DNA of 36,046 nt from a virus (lineage: Duplodnaviria > Caudoviricetes), in the IMG/VR virus record IMGVR_UViG_3300027732_000064, positions 1 to 36,046 of that record, one strand, 5' to 3'. A program made the translations under genes and the position numbers. Below are positions 1 to 8,724 of the stretch, piece after piece; position 1 is the stretch's first letter; each line of letters begins with the position of its first letter. The notes beneath the pieces are model-generated. The model was not told the DNA's origin, searched no databases, and was given only the letters and a program-made list of their open reading frames with translations.

Positions 1-456
1 GGCTCATGGTCTAGTGCAAATTATGTTTCAGCAACAGGCGCAACAAAACTGATTGAAACTAACTCGGCCACCTTCTACATCACAGGCGTACAGCTTGAAA
101 AAGGCAGCACAGCCACATCGTTTGACTATCGGCCTTATGGGACGGAGTATCAACTTTGCCAAAGGTATTATCAAGTATTGGTATCTGGCGAATATTTGGC
201 AGCTTTTGCTTACTCTACAAACAGAGTTTTAGCTGGAATTACGTACACAAACTGCATGAGAGCAGCGCCAACCGCAACAGGGGCAGCAAGTTTATTTCAG
301 TATTACACCCCTGGAATAGCACAAACTAGCTCTGCTATAACAATGATACCAAATAAAACAGGAATGGTAAATTTAGATGTAACAGTTACAGCTATATCAG
401 GTGCGGCGGGTATTGGTGCAATACAATCTTCAATTGCTTTTTCTGCGGAGTTATAA
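1..456 (+). CDS. Tail fibre / carbohydrate-binding protein, 5'-partial
   Basis: Frame 1 is open from base 1 and reads ...ATFYITGVQLEKGSTATSFDYRPYGTEYQLCQRYY..., a motif common in phage fibre proteins; the track ORF 178..456 is its tail. Confidence 0.8.
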   Translation, partial: GSWSSANYVSATGATKLIETNSATFYITGVQLEKGSTATSFDYRPYGTEYQLCQRYYQVLVSGEYLAAFAYSTNRVLAGITYTNCMRAAPTATGAASLFQYYTPGIAQTSSAITMIPNKTGMVNLDVTVTAISGAAGIGAIQSSIAFSAEL

Positions 457-612
457 ATGTATAAACTACACAAAAACATTAAAAGTGAAGTTGATATGGT
501 TATTCGCATAGCTGACAACGCTTGCATACCCTTCGACCCTGCCAACACAGACTACGCCGAGTACCTACGCTGGCTTGCTGAAGGCAACACGCCACTACCT
601 GCGGACGAATGA
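457..612 (+). CDS. 51-aa fibre-associated protein (putative assembly chaperone)
   Basis: Not in the track; translated by hand as [51 protein letters not shown]; ATG abuts the upstream TAA; [18 protein letters not shown] is typical of genes following this fibre type. Confidence 0.8.
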   Translation: MYKLHKNIKSEVDMVIRIADNACIPFDPANTDYAEYLRWLAEGNTPLPADE

Positions 613-613
613 C

Positions 614-850
614 ATGAACCAGTCCGAACGCGCTGAACTGGTTGCCGATATTGCTGCGGCGATCAAGGCATCTTCCACTCTATCGGAAGATGAGGTACGT
701 TGGGTCAAACTTGCCATTGAAAAGCAGGAGCAGTCAATCAAACTTCGCCAAGCCATCATCGAGAAGACACTAGGCGGCTTGGTGTGGGCTGCATTGGCTG
801 GGCTGGCTTACATTGTGTTCGACTTTGCAAAGAACCACGGATTCAAGTGA
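614..850 (+). CDS. Small coiled-coil protein with one TM helix (holin/antiholin-like)
   Basis: ATG at 614 follows the stop at 612; C-terminal hydrophobic LGGLVWAALAGLAYIVF; first gene of the lysis region. Confidence 0.6.
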   Translation: MNQSERAELVADIAAAIKASSTLSEDEVRWVKLAIEKQEQSIKLRQAIIEKTLGGLVWAALAGLAYIVFDFAKNHGFK

Positions 851-1023
851 TAGATGCAATTGCTTCAGCACAGATACCTTGGCCCAACACGGATACAAAA
901 ATCGTGCTGGTGTGCCGTGTCGTGCTGCCAAGCGAGAAGTATGGAGCCAATGAATTCCTAGACAAAGACGGAAGGGTGTGCCGGTGGGTGCTGGTGACTA
1001 AGAATGAATCAAGAATACCTTAA
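847..1023 (+). CDS. Hypothetical protein (58 aa)
   Basis: GTGA start/stop overlap at 847-850; VIDAIASAQIPWP... Confidence 0.5.
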   Translation: MIDAIASAQIPWPNTDTKIVLVCRVVLPSEKYGANEFLDKDGRVCRWVLVTKNESRIP

Positions 1024-1507
1024 ATCTTTATTTACTTATGACAAAGAAACTGGTGATTTTCGATGGAAAGTTGCCCGTGGAAGAAATGTAAAAATTGGTC
1101 AGTTAGCCGGAGGTTTAAATGGGCATGGTTATTTTGTAGTAAAAATAGATGGAAAAAGTCATTTAGTTCATAGGTTAATTTGGTTGTATGAAACTGGGGA
1201 AATGCCCAAAATTTACATTGACCACATGAACCGAGTAAGGAATGACAACCGTTTTTGTAATTTGAGAGAAGTAGGGTACTCTGACAATTGTCAAAATATA
1301 AGCACTCCAAAGCACAATACAAGTGGACACATTGGCGTGTCTTGGTATAAAAGAGATGAATGCTGGAATGTTTACATAAAAGTAGACAAAAAAAACAAAT
1401 GGTTAGGTCGTTATAAACTTATTGATGATGCAATAAAGGCGAGAAAAAATGGGGAGGCTGCTTACTACAATTTGCCAAAGCAAGAAGTAGCATCATGGAC
1501 CCACTAA
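1004..1507 (+). CDS. HNH homing endonuclease with AP2-like C-terminal DNA-binding domain
   Basis: HRLIW...IDHMNRVRNDNRFCNLR (HNH_3 pattern) then NTSGHIGVSW...LGRY...AIKAR; visibly more AT-rich than its flanks. Confidence 0.92.
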   Translation: MNQEYLKSLFTYDKETGDFRWKVARGRNVKIGQLAGGLNGHGYFVVKIDGKSHLVHRLIWLYETGEMPKIYIDHMNRVRNDNRFCNLREVGYSDNCQNISTPKHNTSGHIGVSWYKRDECWNVYIKVDKKNKWLGRYKLIDDAIKARKNGEAAYYNLPKQEVASWTH

Positions 1508-1962
1508 CGGCCTTCGCAGTTGCCCAAGGAGCCATCAAAGGCATCCAAGCCGCCATCAAGATGGGCAAAGACATTCAGGGCATCACCGGCGATGTGATGA
1601 AGTTCTTTGATGCAAAGGAAAAGGTTGCAAAGGAAGCAGTTAAGGACCCGAAGAAGAAATACAGTTCCGACACCAGCCAAGCGATGAGTACCGTCATGCA
1701 ACTGCATGAACTGAATCGGGCTGAAGAAGAACTCAAGTGGCACTTCATCAACCAAGGTCACAGCCAGTTGTGGAGTCAGATTCTTTTAGAGCGCAACAGC
1801 ATTGTGCAGCGCAGAAGAACGCAAGAAATACTAGATGCTAAAGCGGCCAAGAACCGCAAGAAGGAAATAGACGAGGCCATCACAATGGGGTTGTGCATAC
1901 TGGTGGCTGCGGCCATCTTTATTTTGGTGGCTTGGGGTGTAATTGCTTTGAAAGGAAAATGA
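1495..1962 (+). CDS. Hypothetical membrane-anchored protein of the lysis region
   Basis: 155-aa ORF with helical body and C-terminal TM segment. Confidence 0.7.
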   Translation: MDPLTAFAVAQGAIKGIQAAIKMGKDIQGITGDVMKFFDAKEKVAKEAVKDPKKKYSSDTSQAMSTVMQLHELNRAEEELKWHFINQGHSQLWSQILLERNSIVQRRRTQEILDAKAAKNRKKEIDEAITMGLCILVAAAIFILVAWGVIALKGK

Positions 1963-2372
1963 TGTTTGACATTACAGGACTATTAGCAGTTGGCGGTAAG
2001 TTAATCGACAAACTGATCCCCGACCCAGAGGCCAAGGCCAAAGCCCAGCTTGAGCTGGCTACGCTTGCCCAAAGCGGTGAGTTGGCAAAGATGGCCAACG
2101 AGACTGAGATGTTTAAGGCTGAACAGGAAAACACCACTGCACGGTGGACTGCTGACATGGCATCGGATTCGTGGCTGTCTAAGAACATTCGCCCAATCGC
2201 ACTAATCGCCATCTTTATTGCTTACTTTATGTTTACAGCGATGTCAGCCTTTGGATACAACGCACAAGAGTCCTACGTAAATCTGCTAGGTTCATGGGGT
2301 CAGATCGTGTTTCTCGCATATTTTGGTGGCAGAACGGCTGAGAAAATTGTTGAGATGCGGAGCAACAAATGA
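1959..2372 (+). CDS. Holin, GTA_holin_3TM (DUF3154)-like
   Basis: ATGA overlap at 1959-1962; GKLIDKLIPDPEAKAKAQLEL, DSWLSKNIRP and AYFGGRTAEK motifs with TM helices. Confidence 0.8.
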   Translation: MMFDITGLLAVGGKLIDKLIPDPEAKAKAQLELATLAQSGELAKMANETEMFKAEQENTTARWTADMASDSWLSKNIRPIALIAIFIAYFMFTAMSAFGYNAQESYVNLLGSWGQIVFLAYFGGRTAEKIVEMRSNK

Positions 2373-2599
2373 GCAGAGAGCAACTATCCCAATGGGTTAC
2401 TTTGATTGCTTCCGTCACTCTGTCGCTTACCGTGCTGTCAATGGTTGTTGTGTTTATGTTTGGTTTCTTTGACGTGCTAGTCGATAACGACAAACTCTTT
2501 GGAATTGTTGGCCCTGCGTTTCAGACTATTGTTGGCGGGTTTCTTGGCCTTATCACTGGCATCAAAATAGGAGAAAACGGCAATGACAAGCCTAAGTAA
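2369..2599 (+). CDS. Small two-TM membrane protein
   Basis: ATGA overlap; two hydrophobic segments; lies between holin and endolysin. Confidence 0.7.
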   Translation: MSREQLSQWVTLIASVTLSLTVLSMVVVFMFGFFDVLVDNDKLFGIVGPAFQTIVGGFLGLITGIKIGENGNDKPK

Positions 2600-3014
2600 A
2601 CACTTCACCCTTGCGGAACTTACCGTCACCGACCACCGTGAGTTTGATAACAGCCCGACACAGGAAGAAATAAGCAACCTGCAACGCTTGGCGCAATTGC
2701 TTGAGCAGGTCAAATCTACCTTGGGTGGCAAGCCTGTGATGATTAACTCTGCGTTCCGCTGCAAGCAGGTCAATGACGCAGTGGGCAGCAAGGACTCCAG
2801 CCAACACCGTCACGGTTGTGCGGCTGACTTCCGAGTGCCAGGTGTGACTCCCGACGAAGTAGTCCGCGCTGTGATTGCTGCGGGTTTGCCATTTGATCAG
2901 ATCATCCGTGAGTTTGACCGATGGACGCATATCAGCATCCCTAACGTGGATGGTGCAGAACCCCGTGGCAAAGCATTGATTATTGACAAGGCTGGCACTC
3001 GTCAGTTTGAGTAA
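2583..3014 (+). CDS. Endolysin, peptidase M15A (Peptidase_M15_3) Zn-peptidase
   Basis: LSKHFTLAEL, SAFRC..VN.AVG....SQH..G.AADF and WTHIS motifs. Confidence 0.9.
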   Translation: MTSLSKHFTLAELTVTDHREFDNSPTQEEISNLQRLAQLLEQVKSTLGGKPVMINSAFRCKQVNDAVGSKDSSQHRHGCAADFRVPGVTPDEVVRAVIAAGLPFDQIIREFDRWTHISIPNVDGAEPRGKALIIDKAGTRQFE

Positions 3015-3679
3015 TGGCAACAAACTACACCAGCCAACTTACAACACCGGCAGCACCCAACACGGGTACGCCTGGGAATGAGTACGAGCAGAGATACTTC
3101 AGCCAGACCTTTGCCAATATGGGAGGGTACTTTCAGCGCGTCACAGGCATCATTGCTGCGCTGTTCGGGCCGAGGGGAGGGAAGTACATCAACATACCCT
3201 ACGGTGCGTTTCAGGACGGTACAAATCAGACGGCGGCCAACACCACCACAGCCTACCCTGTAACCTTTGACACTACGGACTTCAGCAACGGGGTGACATT
3301 GTCAGATTCATCAAGGCTTAACGTGGCGCAGCCTGGTGTGTACAACCTGCAATTCAGCATCCAAGTCAAGAACACGACAAACAGTTCTGAGGATGTTGAC
3401 TTTTGGTTCAGAAAGAACGGGACGGACATTGCCAAATCCAACAGCAGGTTTGGCATTTCGGCAAGGAAGTCGTCGGGCGACCCGTCCCATGTAATCGTTG
3501 CCCTTAATTTCTTTGTCAGCATGGTCGCAAATGACTATGTGCAGATCGTTTGGAGGACAAGCGACGTTGCGGTGACCATTGAAACCTTTGCGGCGGGAAC
3601 CTCCCCGACACGCCCGTCAGTTCCTTCGGTGATTGCCACCATGTCGTTCGTCTCCAATTTGTCCACAGAAACAGCATAA
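3014..3679 (+). CDS. Virion protein with C1q/TNF-like beta-sandwich domain
   Basis: YGAFQD..NQT...PVTFDTTD....GV......RLNV..PGVYNLQFSIQ...NDYVQI pattern; directly upstream of the nozzle gene. Confidence 0.65.
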   Translation: MATNYTSQLTTPAAPNTGTPGNEYEQRYFSQTFANMGGYFQRVTGIIAALFGPRGGKYINIPYGAFQDGTNQTAANTTTAYPVTFDTTDFSNGVTLSDSSRLNVAQPGVYNLQFSIQVKNTTNSSEDVDFWFRKNGTDIAKSNSRFGISARKSSGDPSHVIVALNFFVSMVANDYVQIVWRTSDVAVTIETFAAGTSPTRPSVPSVIATMSFVSNLSTETA

Positions 3680-3686
3680 TCTCGTC

Positions 3687-5168
3687 ATGGCACTCATACC
3701 ACTCAAAATCCCCCCAGGCGTCTACCGTAATGGTACTGAGTACCAGGCTGCGGGACGCTGGTACGACTCAAACCTTGTGCGCTGGTACGAGAACACTCTG
3801 CGACCCATTGGCGGGTGGAGAAAGAGGTCAGCGACGCAACTCACTGGACTCTGCCGTGGATTGATAGCATGGAGATCAAACATCGGTGGCCGGTACGTTG
3901 CCGCTGGTACTCATTCAAAACTTTTTGCGATGGACGAGAACTCCGTTGTCAAAGACATCACCCCAACGGGTTTCACTACAGGCCGAGCAAACGCACTCAG
4001 CGGTACTGGCTATGGATTCAATACCTACGGTTCGTTTGCCTATGGCGTCGCACGTCCTGACATCGGCTCCGTGGCTCCTGCCACAACGTGGAGCCTTGAC
4101 ACCTTTGGCGAGTACCTTGTGGCGTGTAGCGACACGGACGGCAAACTCTACGAGTGGCAGTTGGGTTTTTCAACTCCGACTCTTGCTGCTGTAATCACCA
4201 ATGCCCCAACGGGCTGCGCCGCCCTTTTGGTGACTTCAGAGCGAATTATCTTTGCGTTGGGAGCCGGTGGGAATGGCCGTCTAGTGTCTTGGTGTGACCA
4301 AGAGAACAACACAGTATGGACTGCCGCGTCAACTAATCAGGCGGGTGACTTTGAACTAGCCACAGTTGGATCACTGAAGGCAGGAAAAAGAGTCCGAGGT
4401 GTAAACTTATTGTTTACAGACGTGGATGTGCATACAGCAAGTTACATAGGCCTTCCCTTCGTGTACTCGTTTGAGAAGGTAGGTTCTGGCTGTGGGGTGA
4501 TCTCTTCGCAAGCAATAGCGGCCATTGACACCTCCGCGATGTGGATGTCCAAGTCAGGCTTTTGGCAGTACGACGGCTACGTCAAGCCAATGAACTGCGA
4601 AGTGTCCGACTACGTCTTCAACAACATCAACTACAACCAAGCCTCAAAGGTCTACGCAGTCCACAACTCTTCGTTTGGTGAGATCACATGGTTCTACCCT
4701 TCAAGTGCATCAAACGAGAATGATTCCTATGTGACGTACAACTACCGTGAGGGTCACTGGGCTATTGGAACTATGTCTCGCACGGCTGGCACTGACAGGG
4801 GCGTGTTCAGCAACCCCTTGATGGTGAGCGCAGACTCCTACATCTACGAGCATGAGGTGGGATTCACCTACGACTCTGTCAACCCCTACGCCCAGTCAGG
4901 ACCCATTGAGATCGGTACAGGCGAGAACATCATGTCCGTCAGGTCTGTTATCCCCGACGAGCAGACACTGGGCGAGGTTGCCATCTCCTTCACGGCAAGG
5001 TTGTACCCGACATCGGCTGAATCTACCTATGGCCCGTTCTCGGCCAAGGCTCCTACCGATGCTAGGTTCTCAGGCCGGTCCGTGAAGATGAAGGTTACAG
5101 GCAACATATTGGATGACTGGCGCGTTGGGGTTATGCGTTTGGAGACTACAACGGCAGGTAAGCGTTAA
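3687..5168 (+). CDS. Tail nozzle / DNA-stabilisation protein (P22 gp10 or tail tubular B-like)
   Basis: Likely start MALIPLKIPPGVYRNGT at 3687; about 490 aa, beta-rich with propeller-like repeats; precedes the ejection genes. Confidence 0.75.
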   Translation: MALIPLKIPPGVYRNGTEYQAAGRWYDSNLVRWYENTLRPIGGWRKRSATQLTGLCRGLIAWRSNIGGRYVAAGTHSKLFAMDENSVVKDITPTGFTTGRANALSGTGYGFNTYGSFAYGVARPDIGSVAPATTWSLDTFGEYLVACSDTDGKLYEWQLGFSTPTLAAVITNAPTGCAALLVTSERIIFALGAGGNGRLVSWCDQENNTVWTAASTNQAGDFELATVGSLKAGKRVRGVNLLFTDVDVHTASYIGLPFVYSFEKVGSGCGVISSQAIAAIDTSAMWMSKSGFWQYDGYVKPMNCEVSDYVFNNINYNQASKVYAVHNSSFGEITWFYPSSASNENDSYVTYNYREGHWAIGTMSRTAGTDRGVFSNPLMVSADSYIYEHEVGFTYDSVNPYAQSGPIEIGTGENIMSVRSVIPDEQTLGEVAISFTARLYPTSAESTYGPFSAKAPTDARFSGRSVKMKVTGNILDDWRVGVMRLETTTAGKR

Positions 5169-5530
5169 TGGAGGAGTTTTGGTCGCTGCGCAAACACATC
5201 GAAGCGGCTTTAGAATACTCAGGAGGGACACACACAATTGAAGACATTGCGGAGGGTGTGGCTAGTAACAGATTTCAGTTCTGGCCTGGCACTAAATCAG
5301 CAGTGGTTACTGAGATCATTGTCTACCCGCGAATCAAGGACTTGCACTTCTTCCTTGCTGGCGGCGACCTAGATGAACTCAAGCAGATGCGACCATACAT
5401 CGAGTCTTGGGGCAAGCAGTTGGGTTGCAGTCGAGTATCTCTTGCTGGCCGTCAGGGTTGGCAGAAGACGTTCTTAAAGGATGAGGGTTACGAACCTAAG
5501 TGGTTCATTTTGAGCAAGGAATTGATATGA
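5168..5530 (+). CDS. GNAT-fold-like virion assembly protein
   Basis: LHFFLAGG...WGKQLGC.RVSLAGRQGW; sits after the nozzle, the position of T7 gp13-type genes. Confidence 0.6.
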   Translation: MEEFWSLRKHIEAALEYSGGTHTIEDIAEGVASNRFQFWPGTKSAVVTEIIVYPRIKDLHFFLAGGDLDELKQMRPYIESWGKQLGCSRVSLAGRQGWQKTFLKDEGYEPKWFILSKELI

Positions 5531-6543
5531 GTCTAGGTGGCGGTGAAACACAAACCCCAGTTGCTGGTAGCAACAAATACGCGCAGATCATGGAGTTGAT
5601 GCGCAAGCGCAATGCCATGAACCCACTGTCTTACACCGGCGGCTTTAATCCTTATGGATCAGCGACATCCGTCTCGGCTGCGCCATCAAGTTACTATGAT
5701 GAGTTGATGCGTGAGCAGGCGTTGGCCAATCCCAATTCAAATCGTGGTGGCAGTTCGCGTGGTCAGATACAAGAATCTAGGTTCAACAGTGAAAGCCCAA
5801 TGGCTGGTTCTGGACCATCAACCTTTATAGGTAATTTAGCACTTGGATTAGATGCTTATGGAAATGCACTTGGTGGATTTTTGCCTGGTGGATTCCTAGC
5901 CCAATATGCTTCTCAGGCAATGCTCCCATACGCAACTGTAAAAGAAGCAGAAGCTAACCAAAAACTCCTTGCTGGTTTGATTGCAGCAGACCCAACATAC
6001 GGTGGAGGCGGTTATGGCACTCCAACATCGTCAGGTGGTTATGGAGTTACATCACCTACAGGAGCAGGCATTGCATCAAACTCAATGGGTAATGATGTAG
6101 CTACAGCACAAGGACAGCAATCCATGAATGCAGCGAATGCAGCGGCAGCAGCAAATCAAGCAATGACAGACGCTGCGAACGCGCAAGCAACAGCCAACGC
6201 AGTAGCGGCTGGTGGACTATCTTATTCTTCAGATTCTGAAGGTGGTCTTAGCCCATCAAGTGGCGGTGGTGGTGGTGGTGGCGGTGATACGGCCGGACGA
6301 GGAGAGCCTGGGAACCGAGGTGAGTGGGGACGTGGCGGTGGCTATGCCAAAGGCGGTCAGGTCACAATGGATCGCTTACAGGGTCCAAACCCAATGGGTC
6401 CCGATGATGGTTACGGAGGATTAGATTCCGGCGAGTTCGTCATCAACGCCAAGTCCGTTGGTAAGTACGGCATCGAGTTGATGAACGCCATCAACGCAGG
6501 CAAGATTTCAAAGGGCAAACTTCGCGGTTTGCTCGAAGCATAG
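5527..6543 (+). CDS. Gly/Ala/Ser-rich internal virion (ejection) protein
   Basis: ATGA overlap at 5527; low complexity; C-terminal YAKGG...GP..MGPDD.....SGEFVI motif. Confidence 0.65.
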   Translation: MSLGGGETQTPVAGSNKYAQIMELMRKRNAMNPLSYTGGFNPYGSATSVSAAPSSYYDELMREQALANPNSNRGGSSRGQIQESRFNSESPMAGSGPSTFIGNLALGLDAYGNALGGFLPGGFLAQYASQAMLPYATVKEAEANQKLLAGLIAADPTYGGGGYGTPTSSGGYGVTSPTGAGIASNSMGNDVATAQGQQSMNAANAAAAANQAMTDAANAQATANAVAAGGLSYSSDSEGGLSPSSGGGGGGGGDTAGRGEPGNRGEWGRGGGYAKGGQVTMDRLQGPNPMGPDDGYGGLDSGEFVINAKSVGKYGIELMNAINAGKISKGKLRGLLEA

Positions 6544-6553
6544 GAGATACAAA

Positions 6554-7303
6554 ATGTCAAAAGGCGGTTCCACAACATCAACCCAAACCATCGACCCGCA
6601 GTTAAAGGCTGCGTACCTTGAGAACTTGGGTCAGGCTAAGTCAGTCGCTACCGCACTTCCTGTACGGCAGTTTGCTGACTTCAACCCAATGTACATGGCG
6701 GGTGAAGAGCAGGTCGTTAACCAGTCCCTGACCCCGTTCAGTGGGCAGGACATCAACGCCTTCATGAACCCGTACCAGCAAGACGTAATCGACCGCAGCC
6801 TGGGCGACATTGAGACAAGCCGTCAGATGGCCGATCTCAGAGATCGTCAGGCTGCCACAGGCGCAAAAGCGTTTGGTGGTTCACGTCAAGGAGTGCAGGC
6901 TGCTCTTACTAACGCCTCTGCTCTCAAGCAGGCCGCTGATCTGTCTGCGAATATGCGTGAGCGTGGTTACGGTACAGCAGCGAACTTGGCTCAGTACGCT
7001 AGAGCGCAGAACATCCAAGGCGGTCAGAACGTGATGAACTTGGGCGGTGCGCGTCAGCAGTTGCTACAGAGTCAGATGGATGCGTTGCGCAACATCGGGA
7101 CGGAGAAGTTGGGAGTGACTACCGCAGCACTTGGCGGCAACATCCCGAACCTCGGTATGTCTACCACAACGCCTTACTCTCGTAATGTGGGTGCGGGTGC
7201 TTTAGGTGGAGCGTTAATGGGGTCTAAATTAGGCTCTGGAATTGATGTGCTTGGCGGTGGCGGTGGCGCATTGCTTGGCGGTATTCTTGGTCTTTTAGGT
7301 TGA
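6554..7303 (+). CDS. DNA ejection/pilot protein
   Basis: AGGAG SD; MSKGGSTTSTQT start, FMNPY and AFGGSR motifs, Gly-zipper C-terminus. Confidence 0.7.
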   Translation: MSKGGSTTSTQTIDPQLKAAYLENLGQAKSVATALPVRQFADFNPMYMAGEEQVVNQSLTPFSGQDINAFMNPYQQDVIDRSLGDIETSRQMADLRDRQAATGAKAFGGSRQGVQAALTNASALKQAADLSANMRERGYGTAANLAQYARAQNIQGGQNVMNLGGARQQLLQSQMDALRNIGTEKLGVTTAALGGNIPNLGMSTTTPYSRNVGAGALGGALMGSKLGSGIDVLGGGGGALLGGILGLLG

Positions 7304-7311
7304 GGTGAATC

Positions 7312-8724
7312 ATGGCAGCATTTGACTTTGGTGGTCTTTTAGGCTCCGATATGTTTGGCGGTGGTGATACTGGACTTGAAGAGTACCTCACTCCAGAGCA
7401 GCGATCACGAATGAACCAACAAGGCATCATGGCGTTGGCCGCGTCCCTGCTCAAGTCATCAGGTCCAAGCGCAGTCCCAATCGGGATTGGACAGGCTTTG
7501 GGCGAGGCTTATGGTGCTGGTCAGCAAGGTTATCAGCAGGCTCAGACAGGAGCCATTGCCAACATCATGACCAAGCAGAAGTTGGATGAGGCCAAGCGTT
7601 CAAGGGATATGCTTTCAAGTATGCAGAAAATGCTTGTTGGAGATTATGGGCAGACCATGCCAGCCGCAGGTGTTGCCATTACACCTGAGCAGTCACTTGC
7701 AATGCCAAATATGCAGGCTGGTCCTACAGTGGCTCGCGCCAACATGATTGGACAACTGCCAACTCCGGCACAGGTTCAAACTGTGCAGCAAGTACAGCAA
7801 AGCAGCCCATTTGCTAATTTAAGTCGGGAGCAAAGAGCGTTGATGTCTCTCCTTCCAGCGGATCAACTTGCAAAGTCAATGTCTGACGTAATCGCTGCGT
7901 CTCAAGAGTTTGGGAACCCGCAGAACCTGATGATTGGGAACAAGCCTGTTGTTGTCCAGTACAACAAGCAAGGACAGCGCAGAATTGTTAGTGATGCACA
8001 ACCCTATGAGGCAATGCCAACTGACATTCGTGCAATGGAATACCTACAAGGACGACAACTTGGTGGAACTGGGGCAGAAGGCATAGCGGCATTAGGAACC
8101 TATCGTTCTCAGATTGCACCTAAAACTGAAGTGAGGTTGCCACCTGGACCAAATGCATTTGCAACTGGAGCCGGAAGTGCTGGAGCGACTCGACTGCAAC
8201 AGGTCACAGATGCCGCAAATTCAGCCAATGACACGTTACGCAACATTGATACTATTGCACCGGCTCTAAGTGCCGCAGTTCTTGGACCGGCAGCAGATTA
8301 CAGAACTGCAATGCTACGCGTTGGACAGCAGTTGAAAATTGCTGGTCCTGACGCTGAGAAGACGTTACAGAATACACGCCAAGTTGTTCAAGGTCTTGCG
8401 CAGTCTGAGTTGACTGCTGCTGCCTCAATGAAGGGTCAGGGGCCAATTACTGACAGTGAACGTGCTTTGATTAAACGCGTTGCAGCAGGAGATCAGACAA
8501 TGACTGCCGCAGAACTTCGCACTGGTATGGCAGCAATGCAGAAACTTGCCTATCAGCGCATCAAAGATCATGAGTTTGTTTACGCAAATGCATCAAAAGT
8601 CAAAGGGTTTGATGAGGTCGCTCCATTGTTCCAAGTAATGCCTTACACAGTGCAGAATGACCTTAGTGGCAATCTGAACATGGGTAACGCTATTGACGAA
8701 GCACTCAAACGGAAGACAAGATAA
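7312..8724 (+). CDS. Internal virion/ejection protein
   Basis: GAGGTG SD; 470-aa Ala/Gln-rich ORF in the ejection cluster. Confidence 0.65.
   Translation: MAAFDFGGLLGSDMFGGGDTGLEEYLTPEQRSRMNQQGIMALAASLLKSSGPSAVPIGIGQALGEAYGAGQQGYQQAQTGAIANIMTKQKLDEAKRSRDMLSSMQKMLVGDYGQTMPAAGVAITPEQSLAMPNMQAGPTVARANMIGQLPTPAQVQTVQQVQQSSPFANLSREQRALMSLLPADQLAKSMSDVIAASQEFGNPQNLMIGNKPVVVQYNKQGQRRIVSDAQPYEAMPTDIRAMEYLQGRQLGGTGAEGIAALGTYRSQIAPKTEVRLPPGPNAFATGAGSAGATRLQQVTDAANSANDTLRNIDTIAPALSAAVLGPAADYRTAMLRVGQQLKIAGPDAEKTLQNTRQVVQGLAQSELTAAASMKGQGPITDSERALIKRVAAGDQTMTAAELRTGMAAMQKLAYQRIKDHEFVYANASKVKGFDEVAPLFQVMPYTVQNDLSGNLNMGNAIDEALKRKTR

Noticed and set aside
6259-6286. GGT microsatellite as a phase-variation locus
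   Set aside because: In-frame poly-Gly in a low-complexity protein; length change would not switch expression
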